A DNA stretch of 64,000 bases, from the NCBI GenBank assembly GCA_013265495.1, contig MU061579.1, positions 4,959,146-5,023,145 on the forward strand, read 5' to 3'. Both the position numbers and the translations under genes were made by a program. Below, in pieces: positions 38,620-51,534 of the stretch. The notes under the pieces are model-generated. The model was not told the DNA's origin and ran no database searches. It was given only the letters and a program-made list of their open reading frames with translations. Source of the stretch: Vicugna vicugna. Taxonomy: Eukaryota. Position 1 is the stretch's first letter; the number at the start of each line of letters is the position of its first letter.

Positions 38620-39010
38620 TAATGATAGTATTTTATTCCGGTGGCTACCATAATTAATTCAAAGAGTTGGCACATAACCAAAGTTAATTACAGTCTCTCT
38701 TTCTCTCTGTCTCCCTCCCTCTCCATTTTCTCTTGTTACCAAGAGCTTTCACCACCTCCTATTTTCTCTGTGCTTACAAGGAGAAAGCTCTAGTCAGCAA
38801 TTGAAGAGAAATGAATTTTCATGCACAGAGAAACTAAAGTGAGGAGAAGACGAAAAAAATGTCCTGGAGACATCAAGGCCATTGGCTGAAATATTTCCAA
38901 TAGGCACCTTTGCTCTTCAGAATTATGCAAGCCCATTAACCCCCATTTACGCCAAAGTTAATTTGAAATGAGTTAATGTCACTTGCAACTGAAAGATTCC
39001 TGACTAACAT
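38620..39010 (+). mobile_element. Old MLT1 (J/K-like) LTR
   Basis: 3' end 'aagttaatttgaaatgagttaatgtcacttgcaactgaaagattcctgactaacata'. Confidence 0.6.
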
Positions 39011-39394
39011 ACATGCCTATGTTAAGATGAAGATTTAGTATTTGCAGAATCTAGTTCAGGCAATTAACTGCTGATTAAAAACATTTTAACCACATTTTCT
39101 GTATGATCACATTCTAAGGCACTAAAGCAGAGGGTGTTCTGTTTTGGGTTTGTCTGAATATTGAGTAGGAGATGAAAGAATCTGAGTATTCATGAAAGAA
39201 AAAAGTTACAAAGAGAAACATATCCTTCAGTACTTAACAATCAGGAGTTCAAATTGATGGAGGCTAAAAGTCTCAAGGTAAAACATAAAAGGAAAAAAAG
39301 TCTTCATGTTCCTTCTGCATACTCACTCTCCCTCTGTAATTATGTACAAAATAGGGGAGTCTCATTAAAAAACAAGATGACATCAAAGAGTATA

Positions 39395-39432
39395 TTGTTT
39401 TGTTTTGTTTTCTGGGGGGTGAGGTAATTAGG

Positions 39433-39471
<39 letters not shown>

Positions 39472-39537
39472 TTGAAAGTACTGGGGATTGAACCCAGGAC
39501 CTCGTGCATGCTAGGCACTTGCTCTATGCCCTCCCTT
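39395..39537 (-). mobile_element. Camelid tRNA-derived SINE
   Basis: 'gaggtaattaggttatttatt(tatt)n...gtactggggattgaacccaggacctcgtgcatgctaggcac'; TSD aaaga(g/c)tat at 39385-39393 and 39538-39546. Confidence 0.9.
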
Positions 39538-40255
39538 AAAGACTATTACAGTTGTTGATGTTTTTAAATGTTTAATTACAACGTCCTTGTAGTAAGAAGG
39601 GCATTTTCCTATATAACAACAGTGGGTAGGGAGTTACAAATGGTGAAATCATTTACAGTTGGCTTTACCATATGGAGAGCTAAGTATTTCAGGATTAGTT
39701 TTTTTCTGGCATGTGCACCTTTGTATCTTACAAAGCACCAGGAGCCTATGTATTACACAGAAATGAAAAAGAGAAAGTAGTTTTATTGTGTCATCCCCTA
39801 GCATGTAGCCAATATGAATTCTTCTCAAGTGGGTTGGTCTTTTTTTCTTCTAGATCAGTCGACCAAAATCATACAGGGACTCATCACTAAAGAGTTAATT
39901 TCAGTATAATTTTCAGATTGAATGTGTTGCTTTTTAAAGCTTAATTTGCGATCTCACTGTAATCAGACCATAAGAGTGATGAGCACTGACACCCTAAGTA
40001 CAGAGCAAAACAGAAAGACATTGTGTATTCATGTGTAGAAGGAAGAAATCAGGGAGACACAGGCGCACAGAACTACATCCACATGGCTGCACACACAAGC
40101 TGACTAAGACATTTTGCATGTACTTCGTGATAGATTTTGCATAGTGTCATCGTCTGGGCATAGTCAGAGGACAAGGAAACTTCACAAATTAACGAAATGA
40201 AGGATAGCAATAAATGTACTGAGAATTAAAATCCACAGACTAAACTGCAGTGGCA

Positions 40256-40407
40256 GGGGAGTAGGTTATAATTCAGTGATACAGTGTGTGCTTAGCATGC
40301 ACCAGGTCCTGGGTTCAATTCCCAGTACCTCCATTAAAAATAAATAAATCTAATTACTTCCCTCCCCAAAAAAAAGAAAAAATAATAATTAAATTAAAAT
40401 TTTTAAG
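40256..40407 (+). mobile_element. Camelid tRNA-derived SINE, full head
   Basis: 'ggttataattcagtgatacagtgtgtgcttagcatgcaccaggtcctgggttcaattcccagtacctccattaaaaataaataaatctaattacttccctcccc' followed by an A-tail. Confidence 0.9.
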
Positions 40408-40965
40408 AAGTTGCAATAGCATAAGTTTGGCATCTATATAAAACTCTCTTTCTTTTTAAGTTGACTCATTCTTTTGTCAGTCAGTCAGATTCGAAACATT
40501 GCTGATGTGATCTGCCTTTCAATCAGCCTGAGAGTGTCTTCATTTGTAAAGAGATGGGGGCAAGAATTGGAGGTTCATGAGTAAAACCATCTGGGACTAT
40601 TGTCTTATACTTTATGCATGCCACATATTAAGGAAAAGTTTCTGATAATTCACTACTACCTTCCAAACTCTATCATCTATTTTGATCTTATAAATTCAGT
40701 CTTTACTAAGTAACAGAAAAGGAATGTAAGTAACTGATGTGGTTCATATTTTTCTAAGAGTTGTATCAGAGTGAATAATATTATAGAGTCCCTCATTGTA
40801 TCAGTCATATTTGGAGCAACCATACCAGAGCCTTGGGATTAGGATACATGTGACACTGATGATCTTGTGACACTGCAGTCAGCTGAGACTTAGAAAATAA
40901 ATAGAAAAACTCTACAGTGAACACTGAGTAGTCTGAAATCCATGTTTGCTCAGAGGCATTCTCCA

Positions 40966-40989
40966 GTGTGTGTGTGTGTGTGTGTGTGT
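40966..40989. repeat. (GT)n microsatellite
   Basis: About 12 GT units. Confidence 0.95.
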
Positions 40990-42384
40990 TTTAAGCCAGA
41001 GGAGAAAAGAAAGCTGTTTTCAAAGACACACTCTAGCAGTCAATCAAACATATTAAGACATACTTGCTGAAGAAGCAGAGTTTGTAAAAATTAAAGACTT
41101 GACAGGTCAGGTTCTGTGACTGAGAGGAAACTATTATAACTCTCGAATCAACTTTAAGATTTTCAAGAGGTTTAAGTTTAGGGCTCTGGTGCCTTTCAGT
41201 AGTGACAGAACTCTGTAAAACAACCTGAACCTGCGTATGTCAAGATGAAATATATATGCAGGATTCTGTAGTTGACTTTGTGTGTATTTGGCCAAGGTTG
41301 TTCAAAGTTAAGGTCCTGAACAACAGCAAAGTTTCCTCTCATATTTTATTTTTGACCAAAATTAACACAAATACCCCAATTCCACCACCAATTTCTCTAA
41401 ACCTTTATATTAAAGTATCCCCACAAAAATAGTTTGTCAGATGCTTCTTCTGTAAAACGTAAAAATCAAAACAAAACAAACCTGGCTCTGAGAATTTATA
41501 CAACAATCTGTATCATACTGAGCTTTTTTTTTTTTTTTTCAGAGGAAAGTTTCAAAAGGAAACTTCCTCCAGAGAAATGAAAATTCTAGTTCAAACAATC
41601 TCTTACAAAGATATTTTTGGCAGGAAAAATGGTAGGTGTGCTACTCATGATGCAACTGAATCCTCATGAGTAGCTTATTAATGGGATACTGGGTTAATTG
41701 ACATGACAAGCATATAGTCAACTTGACAGTGCTTATCTTTTTCTGACATGGTTTGGTGGTTGGCTGAGTTCTTTTAGTCCTTTGTTCTAATTTGGCTGTA
41801 AATCAATTGGATTGTGTGGCACTAGGGGTTTTGCATTTTGTGGGTTTGCGGTGGTAATCATAAAAGGTACTGGAATTCCAACCTAGTCCTCTCATATTAT
41901 ATGAGCTGAAACAAGTCTAAGTATTAAAGCATTCCAAGGCAATCTAGTGTACACAGCATATACCTCCCATTTTACCTAGTCCACTAAAAAGGTATTTCTT
42001 ATATAACACTGAAGTGTATGTCTAAAACGTGGGAAAATTAAGAAATAGTATTGTTAGGTAATAGAGTATAGCATTATCCAAAACTGAATAAACCACAATA
42101 TGTTACAATATTTAGATAAAATGTATCTGAAAAGAATAGTTTTAGACCAATTGAACCTTTGATGAAAAAGGTAATGGGGGGGTAACTTTAGTTAGAGAGA
42201 CAGTGGAGGCAACATGGGGAAAGGAAAAAGGACTGTCCATAGAAACAGAACTGCAAATTAACATTTCAGTATCAATGAGAATACAAGCCACTGAGTTTTG
42301 ACTGGGGTGGAAAGGTGTATTCATTCATATGTTTATTAAACAAAAAATATGCTGAGTGCCTGTTTTGTCTTAGGTACCACTAGT

Positions 42385-42580
42385 TAGGCTTGTCAGATAA
42401 GATTAAAAAAAAAAAACAAACGCCTAGTTAAATTTGAGTTTCAGTTAACAAATATGCTTTCAGAATATATACAACCCTTGCAATATTTGAGACATGCTTA
42501 TAAGAAGAATGTATTTGTTGTGTACCTGAAAATAACATTTAAATGGGTATTTTTTTAATCTGCTTAATCTGGTGACCCTA
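42385..42580. mobile_element. MER53 (palindromic hAT MITE) inserted in an L2 tail
   Basis: TIR-like ends taggcttgtcagat / atctggtgacccta; 'cgcctagttaaatttgagtttcag...gcaatatttgagacatgcttata'. Confidence 0.8.
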
Positions 42581-43364
42581 AGTAGATGTGGAGATATAAT
42601 GATCAAAAAATACATAATATCTGACATGGCAGAATTTAGAGACAGAGAGATGACAAAAAAATTGACAAATTTTTTAAATCACCAAAATTTATATACCTAA
42701 AATATTAATGGAATGGAGGAAGACACTTTTAGGGAATTAAGTAGCTTGACTCATTACTTCAAATTTTACTTAACCTTCCAAAATAAGTATTTCTGACCAT
42801 CTTTGAAATCACAGTCTGCCTTCATCTCCTGGAGGACTCTGTCTCAAATATAATCCATGCAGCAAATCCACAAAAATAGCTGTTTAATGAACATCTTGGC
42901 TATTTAAAATGAGAAGCACAATAGCAGTGCATATTTTAACAGTCGTCCTCGAAATCCATGCTCAAATTTCTGAGTTTTTATGCTCATTTTAATATACATA
43001 ATGAACTAAACTTGGGTTAATAAAATTATTTTCCACAATAATTTTAAAATGTTTTCCATGATTTTTGTCTATATAGGTTTTCGATGCCTTTACTGCTAAA
43101 TTATTGTATAAGGTTGATTTGGTTGTAACAGAACATTTCCTTAATGACATTAAATAGTATGTTTTTTTTGTTGTGTTTTCTTTCTCTCTCTCATATTAAC
43201 TCATCTGAAGCAAAGACAATCTCTTTCTGCTCAACTTTCTTTGATTTCTGCCTTTAATTTTTAAGGTCTCAAAATGACTGCTTTCACCTGCATTTCTGTT
43301 AGGAATAAGGAAGAAACTCAAAATACGTATCTTAAGACACAGTATATATTTTGTGTGTAGTTTA

Positions 43365-44822
43365 TAACTTTTTAAATTTAGGTAAAACACACACAATTTA
43401 ATCACTTGGAAGTGTACAATTCAGTGGCATTTAGTACATAAAATATTGCACAACGATCATCTCTAACTCCGCAATATTTTCATCCCCATGAAAGGAAACT
43501 CCATATTCATTAAGCAGTATCTTCCCACCCCTTGGTAAACACTAATCTGCTTTCTGTCTTCACGAGTTTACCTAATCTGTATATTTCATATGTAGGAAAT
43601 CACACATTTTGTGACATTCTGTGTCTAGATTCTTCTATATTTAGCATAAAGTTTTTGAGGTTGATCCACATTGTAGCATGTATCAGTACTTTGTTCCTTT
43701 TTATGGCCAAATAGAATTCAATTGTGTAAAGACACCACCGTTGCTTTTGTATTCATCAGTTGATGTAAACTTAAGTTACCTTTTGGCTATCGAGACTAGT
43801 GCAGCTGTGAACATTCTTGTACAAGTATTTGGACACCTGTTTTCAACTTTGGGGGTATATACTTAGTAGGATTTCTGGCTTATATGAAAATTTTATGTTT
43901 AACTTTTTGAGGCCTTGCTAACTGTTTTCCACAGAAACTGCAATATTTTACCTACCCACCACCATCCTGGCCAATATCTGTTAGTTTCTTTACTTTTTGA
44001 TAGCCATTCGAATGAATGTGAAGTGGTATCTCATTTTGGACTCGATTTCTGTTACACTACTGACTCATGATGTTGGATATCTTTTAATGTGTTTGTTAGC
44101 TATTTGCATATTTTCTTTGGAGAAATGTTGATAAGTCCTTTGCCTGCTTTTAATCACTACCTTGACATTATCTTTTGATTCACAAAAAAATTTTAATTTT
44201 TATGAAGTCCAATTTATCATTTTTTTTCTCTTGTTGCTTGTGCTTTTGATGCCATATCTAAAAGTCCATTACCAAATACAAGGTCATGAGGATTTATACG
44301 AGTATTTTCTTCTGAGAGTTACCTAGATGTAACGGTCACATTCAGGTCGTTGGTCCATTTTTAGTTCATTTCTGAGTGTGCTGTAAAATAAAAGCCCAAC
44401 GTTACTCTTTTGCATGTAGATATCCAGCTGTTCAAGCACCACTTATTGAAGAGATTATCATTTCCCCACTGAATGATCCTGGCATCCTGTTGAAAATCAA
44501 TCACTCTTCTATGGGTTTAATAACAGACTGTCAATTTTATTATATTGATCTATATGCCCATAATTAAGCCTATACTTCTGTTTTGATTATTGTAGCTTTG
44601 TAGTAAGTTTTGAAATTAATTCTCCAATTTTCTTTTTCTTTTAAAGATTTGTCTATTCTATGTCTTTTGCAATTCCATATATCTTTTAGTATCAGCTTTT
44701 TTTGTTTGTTTCTGGAAAAAAAACTTTGGGGACACTAGTAGGGATTACAATGAGTTTTGGGGTAGTATTGCTATCCTAACAATATTGTCTTAAAATTCAT
44801 GAACACAAGATGTCTTTCCATG
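43365..44822 (-). mobile_element. L1MB-type element (3' UTR and ORF2 3' part)
   Basis: 'aagtgtacaattcagtggcatttagtaca', 'gtgaagtggtatctcatt', 'tttatgaagtccaatttatc', 'tgtagctttgtagtaagttttgaaat'. Confidence 0.9.
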
Positions 44823-45169
44823 AGACACTAACTTTTTATATCCTTCCCAGCCACTGATGTCTACATACCATGGGCCACAGCGTTGTGACATCCCTATAAC
44901 TAAAAGGAACTGAGGATTAAGTTCAACACCATTCTGCTCTAAAATTATTGGAGTTGATTTGTAAAGAAAGAATGTGAAATGGATATTGGAAGAAGGCCAG
45001 TTAGCAGGGTCTATACCTCATTATAACCAAATTCATGTAGAATTGACATTTCCTAGTTTCATAATAATATTTTTAAAGGCATTAAAATTGGCAGAACCTT
45101 TAACAATCAGATTAACTAAAATTATAGAAAACTGAGAGCTGTGGCTGTTACTGGAGCACATACACATGT

Positions 45170-46665
45170 GTTTCTCATGTCATGGAAGCTGCATTCCCAG
45201 AGGCAACAATTTCAAGAGACAAGACATAGGCCTGGCTCTGGAAACTGACACAGCATCGATCCTGCCATATTCTTTTGGTCAAAGCACTCATAGATCCTGG
45301 ACGGGTTAAAGACAAAGGGAAAGAGAGACAACCTCTCTTTCTAGATGGAAAGAATATCAAAGGATCTGTAGTTATATGAAGACCACTACAATTCATACTG
45401 CAGGCACAAATTATTTATATTCCTGACACATACAAACTACCTCCCTTCCAACACTACAGAAAGTCTAACCTATTACAGGAACAAGATTAAGCACAAGAAC
45501 AAGATAAAGGTCTAAGATCTCACCATTTAAATCAGGCACAGAAATAAATGAAGTTTCTCGGGTGCAGTTGTTTTAAATCTAAAGATATATGAACTAAAAA
45601 GACAGGCTATCTGCCTAAGAGTTTTCTTAGGACTTAACAGAGAATATTATAGTTTCATAATGAATTTATTCTTACTTGGAAGTTATTTCTTTTTTTACGA
45701 CTCATTTTCTGGAAGCGCCTAGAAGTGAGAAGCAATTTCATTTTCAAATCCAGAATTTCCTGCGCCTTTGTATTTCCCTTAAACGCAACTCAAAATCACA
45801 CTAGTTCCTTCTTTAATCCATCTCTACTCTTCCTGTATTTTATCATAGGCAGTGGGTCAAAGCCACATGTCATTCCCTACATTGCTCTTGAAATTCCCCC
45901 CAGTTAAATCAGCTACTAAATTAGATGCCTTTTATATTTTCTACATTCCTGTAGGTAATATTGTTGCCAAATTCGCCACCATTTTATAACAGTTATCTCT
46001 TTCCTCCAGTTTTCTACAACACTTTCTCACTATCCTTCCAGTCTTGAAGTCTCGGCTTTGACTTACAGCCTCAAATCATTCCCAGCCTCTGCTCCCTGCC
46101 TAGTCAGAAAGCCAGGGTCATGCTTTGGTACATGGTACTCCACCTGTAGACACCAAATTTCCTGCAACTTCTATGCTGATGTGTAATAAACTACTTTGTA
46201 ACTCAGTGGCTTAAAACACCACTTTATTTTGTGAGCTGGAAATTTGGAAAGGATCTGGCTGGATTTTTTTCCTTTAAACTACATAGTTTTAAGTGGGGTG
46301 GCTAGGACTGGAAAACTTACTTTCCAGGATGCTTTCTTACTCGTATGTCTGGCACTTGAGTTGGGATGACAGTAGTTGATGCTGGGAGCTCTACTTGGGC
46401 TGTGGAAAAGAGTGCCTACATGTGGCTTCTCCATATGTCTTGAGTCTCTCACAGCACCTGTGGCTGGTTCCCAAAAGGGATGGGACTATAAGCAAGCATG
46501 TTTAAAGTAGATGTAGAAGCAGCCTTTCCCCAGGAACAGGTACATCATTCTGCCATGGACACTTGTTCAGGGAAGATACACAGCCTGCCTAGAGTCAAGG
46601 GAATGAATACAGTAGACCCCCCACCTCTAACTGGGAGGCTTGTCAAAGAATTTGGGGTTATCTCC
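45170..46665 (-). mobile_element. MLT1 (G/H-like) provirus remnant: partial LTR ~45170-45390, internal ~45391-46161, LTR ~46162-46665
   Basis: First LTR 'tgccatattcttttggtcaaagca...cctctctttctagatggaaagaatatcaaagga...accactaca'; internal ends 'ggtactccacctgtagacaccaaatttc'; second LTR 'ctcagtggcttaaaaca...ccacctctaactgggagg...caaagaattt'. Confidence 0.65.
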
Positions 46666-46694
46666 CATTCTCAATCTGTTGCTGTTAAAACTGT

Positions 46695-47080
46695 CTAAAC
46701 CTGAACATATAGACACCTTTTACCTCAACAAGCTTTCACTTTCAGTAAATTCCATTAGATATGTAATCAACACACATATGTGCACATGTTCCCAAGAGAC
46801 ATGTACTAGAAGGTTCATAACTGTACTGTTTATAGTTGGGAAAAAAAGAAAATATTCCGAAGACTATTACTGGTAGAATTGGTAAAGAAATGATATAATG
46901 ATATAATATATAGAATTGAGTACTTAATAATATACAACTACACAAATAAATGTGGGTAAGAGCTACAGACATAGTGTTGAGTAAAAGACCAAAAAAAAAA
47001 AAAAAGGTTACATACAGTATCATACTATTTATATAAATAAAAAGCAAAAAGGCAGCTAAATGTATTATTAGGTTGAGATT
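46695..47080 (+). mobile_element. Old L1ME-type 3' fragment
   Basis: 'ccaagagacatgtactagaaggttcataactgtactgtttatagt...catacagtatcatactatttatataaa'. Confidence 0.65.
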
Positions 47081-47202
47081 CTCGGTTTTTGAGAATGTTG
47101 TTTTTTGGCCTTCTTTCTGGTTCAGTGTAATAATATTTGAGTATTTTATTACAATAAGTTAACAAAAAGAATGAAAAAAAAAAAAACCAAAGATACCTAC
47201 AC

Positions 47203-47539
47203 TGTATCAGTTTCCTGTTGCTGTTGTAACAAATTACCACAAATTTAGGGGATTAAAACAACACACATTTATTATCTGAGTTCTGGAGGCCAGAACTTAC
47301 TAGGCTAAAATCAAAGTGTTGGCAGGGCTGCGTTCCTTCTGGAGGCTCTCTCTGACTGTGAGTTTCCTGCCGTATGATTAAGTTGAGTCCACGCAGATAA
47401 TCCAGGATAATCTTCCCATCTCCAGTTCCTTAACTTAATCACATCTACAGAGACTCTCCTGCTGTGTGAGGTAACATATTCAGAGATTCCAGGGTTTGAA
47501 CAGGGACATCTCTGGGGAGTCATTATTCTACCTACCATA
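47203..47539 (-). mobile_element. MLT1C-type LTR, internally deleted
   Basis: 'tgtatcagtttcctgttgctgttgtaacaaattaccacaaatt...ataatccaggataatcttcccatctc...cattattctacctaccata'. Confidence 0.85.
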
Positions 47540-47682
47540 CATATTGCTACTTCTAACTTAGGTTCATATTTTCTTTCTGACTTTCTGCCATTTCCTATTT
47601 TTATTCTCTTTCTCCTACAGTGAACAATTTGATTTCATTTATCAAATGGGTCCGTAAGAATCTTTCTCTCAAATCATTCTTT

Positions 47683-47838
47683 TTTTTTAATCAACCGAAG
47701 TTTGTAGTTTAAATTAGGGTTCACTCTTGATGTTGTATGTTCTGTGGGCTCTGACAAATGCATAATGACATGCAGCAACCTCTACAGTATCATACAGAAT
47801 AATTTCATTGCCCTACAAATCCCTTGTGCTCCATCTAT
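47683..47838 (-). mobile_element. L1MC1-like 3' UTR fragment with poly(A) and perfect 14-bp TSD
   Basis: 'ttagggttcactcttgatgttgta...tgacaaatgcataatgacatg...gtatcatacagaata...tgtgctccatctatt'; tcaaatcattcttt at 47669-47682 and 47839-47852. Confidence 0.8.
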
Positions 47839-49299
47839 TCAAATCATTCTTTGTTTAAATTAGAAATTTTATGGATGAATTGGGATAATTTATGAATGGA
47901 GTAGTGAGCGCTCAATAAATATCACTTTATTTTGTAGGCATTGTAAAATTATATGTTGTGACAAAATAGGCCCTTTATTACCCAATATTCAGTGTAGGGA
48001 ATAAGTAAACAAAAATACAGTCTAGTATTTTAAATAGGAATTGATGCAGTACATGAAATCAGGTTCTTACATAATTATTTCAAGGAAAGTACGAGTAGGT
48101 GCCATACTATGGATTTATTCCGTAAATCTTATGGCCTTTTGTCAGTAGCAATTGCAAAGAAACAAATGAACAGGGTGTCCTTGTCACTTACCTTTCACAT
48201 CTTACATGCATTAGTTAGGATGTTATGAACTTCAGTGATACATATTGGTTCTATTTACAGGTTGTACATGTAATAAATATAACTACAGTTATTAAAGTTA
48301 AATGTTCAAAGAAGTATTTATATAACACTATGTTTTTAATTGCATATTTTCTTATAGTTGCTTTTAATGTGACAGTTGATAAGATCATAGGACTGTAGGT
48401 AGATTCTTTGTAAATATAGTAAAGTCTCCTATACCCATGTTCACGCCTCTTTGTAATTAACTTTGATTCTTTTCCTGTCAAGAGGTAGCGTGTGTTTTCA
48501 CCCCTGAATCTGGGCTTGGGAAATAGTTTATCATAGGAGTGTTATATCAGCATTTCTAAAGGCAATGTTATTAGTTTTGTATACAAGCAAATGCTTGTAA
48601 TTAAAGCAAAGAAAGGCATGCTTATAAATTGCTATTTCTGAGGTTCAGATAATTATTACGTGCTACACAGGAAACCAAGCATATTTTCAAAGAAAGAAAA
48701 CAGGAGTTAAATGGCAACAAAGGGTATTAATGACACCATCCTAAACTAGGGTTAAATGCTAGCCTGACAGTCTTGAATCTATTCAAAATGTTTATGTTTA
48801 TGTCTCCTTTTCCATGCAGTAATTTTTTATAGATTTAATTTAATTTCCCTTATAGATAGCAGGTTAACTTTTATTTAAATGTTTCCCACTTAAGGGAATA
48901 ACAATAATAATGGTAATAAGAATAATAATACTAACAATAAATCAGGGCTAAGTTAAGAGTTCCTTTTCACCATCAACTTAAACAATAATAACTTTGAAAA
49001 CTGTAGCTTGATAAAAATAGTAGTCATAATGCAAAGCTGCACTCTACCTCTCAATGAATCTGTTAAAAATGACATTTTAATCAGCTATTTCTTTGATGAA
49101 AAAGATAACAAAATTAAAAACATAAATAGCACAAAGAGAGTGCATTAAATTTCACATGGTTGACACCTTTAAAACAATATGACTTTACTAAACCTTATAA
49201 AATTTATTTTAGTTGTGTGTTGAAAGAATTAATAGTGTTGGCAAAAAAGATGGCATACATATTTAAAATAAAAGTACGAAACAAATAAAATAAACTCCT

Positions 49300-51200
49300 T
49301 TCCAACTATCCAAGTACTTAAATTTACCCTTTTGTCCACTAGTTCTATTCATAGGTTATATCGCTGGGGTGCACAACATGAAAAGATGTACATAAAGGTA
49401 TTTGTCGCAGCCCTATTTGTCATAGCAGGAGGCTGGCGAAAGTAGGCAACTGACTTAAGAAACTAAGAAAATCTTTACAATAGAATACCACGTAACTGCA
49501 AAAAGGAATGAGAGACTTACCTGTAGTCTATAAAGAAGGGATAACAGGATTGTTAAGTTAAAAAAGGTAAAGAGGAAATGAAATACATATATCTATGTAC
49601 ACTCTTTTAGAGGTTCAGAAAAATGAAAAAGCTAGCTAAAGAAGTCCCCATGAATGCAAAAATCTGCCTTTTCTCATTAAGAATTATGGAAGGGTAACTA
49701 TGACACTTTAAAAACACTTGCTTATAGGTAAGGAAGGGGATAGATTAGAGAGGATAGCATTAGAACAAAGCCATCTATGAATGTAAATTATATTGTAAAT
49801 ATGACTTTGGAAACATAAACATTTTGCATAATTATAAGACAAAATTAAATCCAAGATAAGCAATTTTTAAAAATTGAAATTGAAGCAAATGAAAATGTGT
49901 AGAGGTACAAACCTGTGATGTAACCACACATAGTGGAAGTCTTTTAAGTGACATTAAACCAGAGTAATTTGATTACACATCCTGGTGGGATATTTCCCAA
50001 GGGTAAAAAAAAAAAAAAATCAAACAAATGTTCATATTAACATAATTGTTAATTTTTTTTACTAATTATATTGCTTATGGTGTTGTCAGCTTTAAGTGTT
50101 AAGCATGTAGGGTAAGATAAAAACAAATAAGTAGCTAAGTTTGTGTAAGAAGATCTTAAAAATTTTAGTGTGGGAGAGTAGACATTGCATAGTAGGATGA
50201 GATGAATCATATCATTCTGAAGGTCGATCGGGAACATTTTTGAATTTATATGTCACTTTAATAAAAAAACACTTTTCTAGCTTTGTTAGCTAAAAACACT
50301 GAGAATCAATTAGCCCATCCACTGCCATGAACACTTGTGTACAGGTTTTGGTCTCTAAAAAGCATGACCACTGTAAGACACAGGGTTTCTTAGAACAAGA
50401 GCAGCTTCATGTCGGGAACAGAAAATGTTTAAAATGATTCCAAGAATCACAGGCACCAATGAAAACAGCTAGGGTCACATCAGAAGAACTCAAGAGCCAC
50501 TTGAATAACTTCCTCTTTACAGACCATCTTCAGAACACTGACTTAAATATGCTGAAATATGTAAAAAATTGTTAATGTATGATTTCATAATGTTTAGAAA
50601 CATATTTTTGGTCATTGCCATACAAGCATTTATTTGGAAAAAAAATTAGAATATGAAGTATTGCATTCTTCAATAACACAATCCCAACTGTTACTAGAAT
50701 TACAAAAAGTTAGACAAGCGACATTATGTAGTTCCTAATATGAGTATACAACACCGTATATGAAGTTCTCTCTATATTTACTCTGATTTAATCAAACCTC
50801 TAGTTCTCATTACTGATTTCCAGGAAATAGTGATTGCCAGTGAACAGAGTGAACTGAGGCACACAATTAAAGCACCATTGGAAAACAATCAGCAAAATTC
50901 TGCAAAAATAACAGAAATTCTTGAATAACAAGAGAAATTCAGGAAAATGAAATGATGCAGGAAGAAACTATAAATTAAAATAGATGTAAGAAACAAATTT
51001 TTAAAAAATACAATTACCTTTTATTATTCTGATTCAAAGATATATGAGAAAGTGAGTGCTGGCTAGATATTTTGTATCAAAAAGTTATTATTAATATTTT
51101 AAAATGATGATAGCATTGACATTTTATTTACAAAAGAAGCCCTTATCTTTTAGAGATTCATTCAGAAATATTTACAGACTAAATAACCCTTAAATCCAGA
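49300..51200 (+). mobile_element. Highly diverged old L1 (L1MC4/L1ME-type) 3' region
   Basis: 'atgtacataaaggtatttgtcgcagccctatttgtcatagca', 'taatttgattacacatcct', terminal 'ccttatcttttagagattcattcagaaatatttacag'. Confidence 0.6.
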
Positions 51201-51428
51201 AATATTGCATCAATAAATTTATTTAGCAGAAGCCAAATATCAACATGTAAGATTTGATGTTCCTACAGAATGCACAAGGATGTTGATTACAGTCTTATGC
51301 ATAGTTGTTAAAAAAGGACAGAAAGAGAAATCACATCAACATTGTAATGGACATATTATGTATTTCCAGAAAATAGTGTTGAATAAGAGAGTTGCAGAAG
51401 AGTGAGGACAGAAAGATTCCATTATCTG

Positions 51429-51534
51429 TAGAGAGGATAGCATTAGAACAAAGCCATCTATGAATGTAAATTATATTGTAAATATGACTTTGGAAGCATA
51501 AACATTTTGCATAATTATAAGACAAAATTAAATC
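51429..51534 (+). repeat. 106-bp dispersed duplicate of 49746-49851
   Basis: tagagaggatagcattagaac...gacaaaattaaatc, identical except one substitution (aaac/aagc). Confidence 0.95.

Noticed and set aside
40256..40330. tRNA-like A/B boxes
   Set aside because: SINE head with an AT-rich tail, not a tRNA gene; the same applies at 5.0 and 39.5 kb
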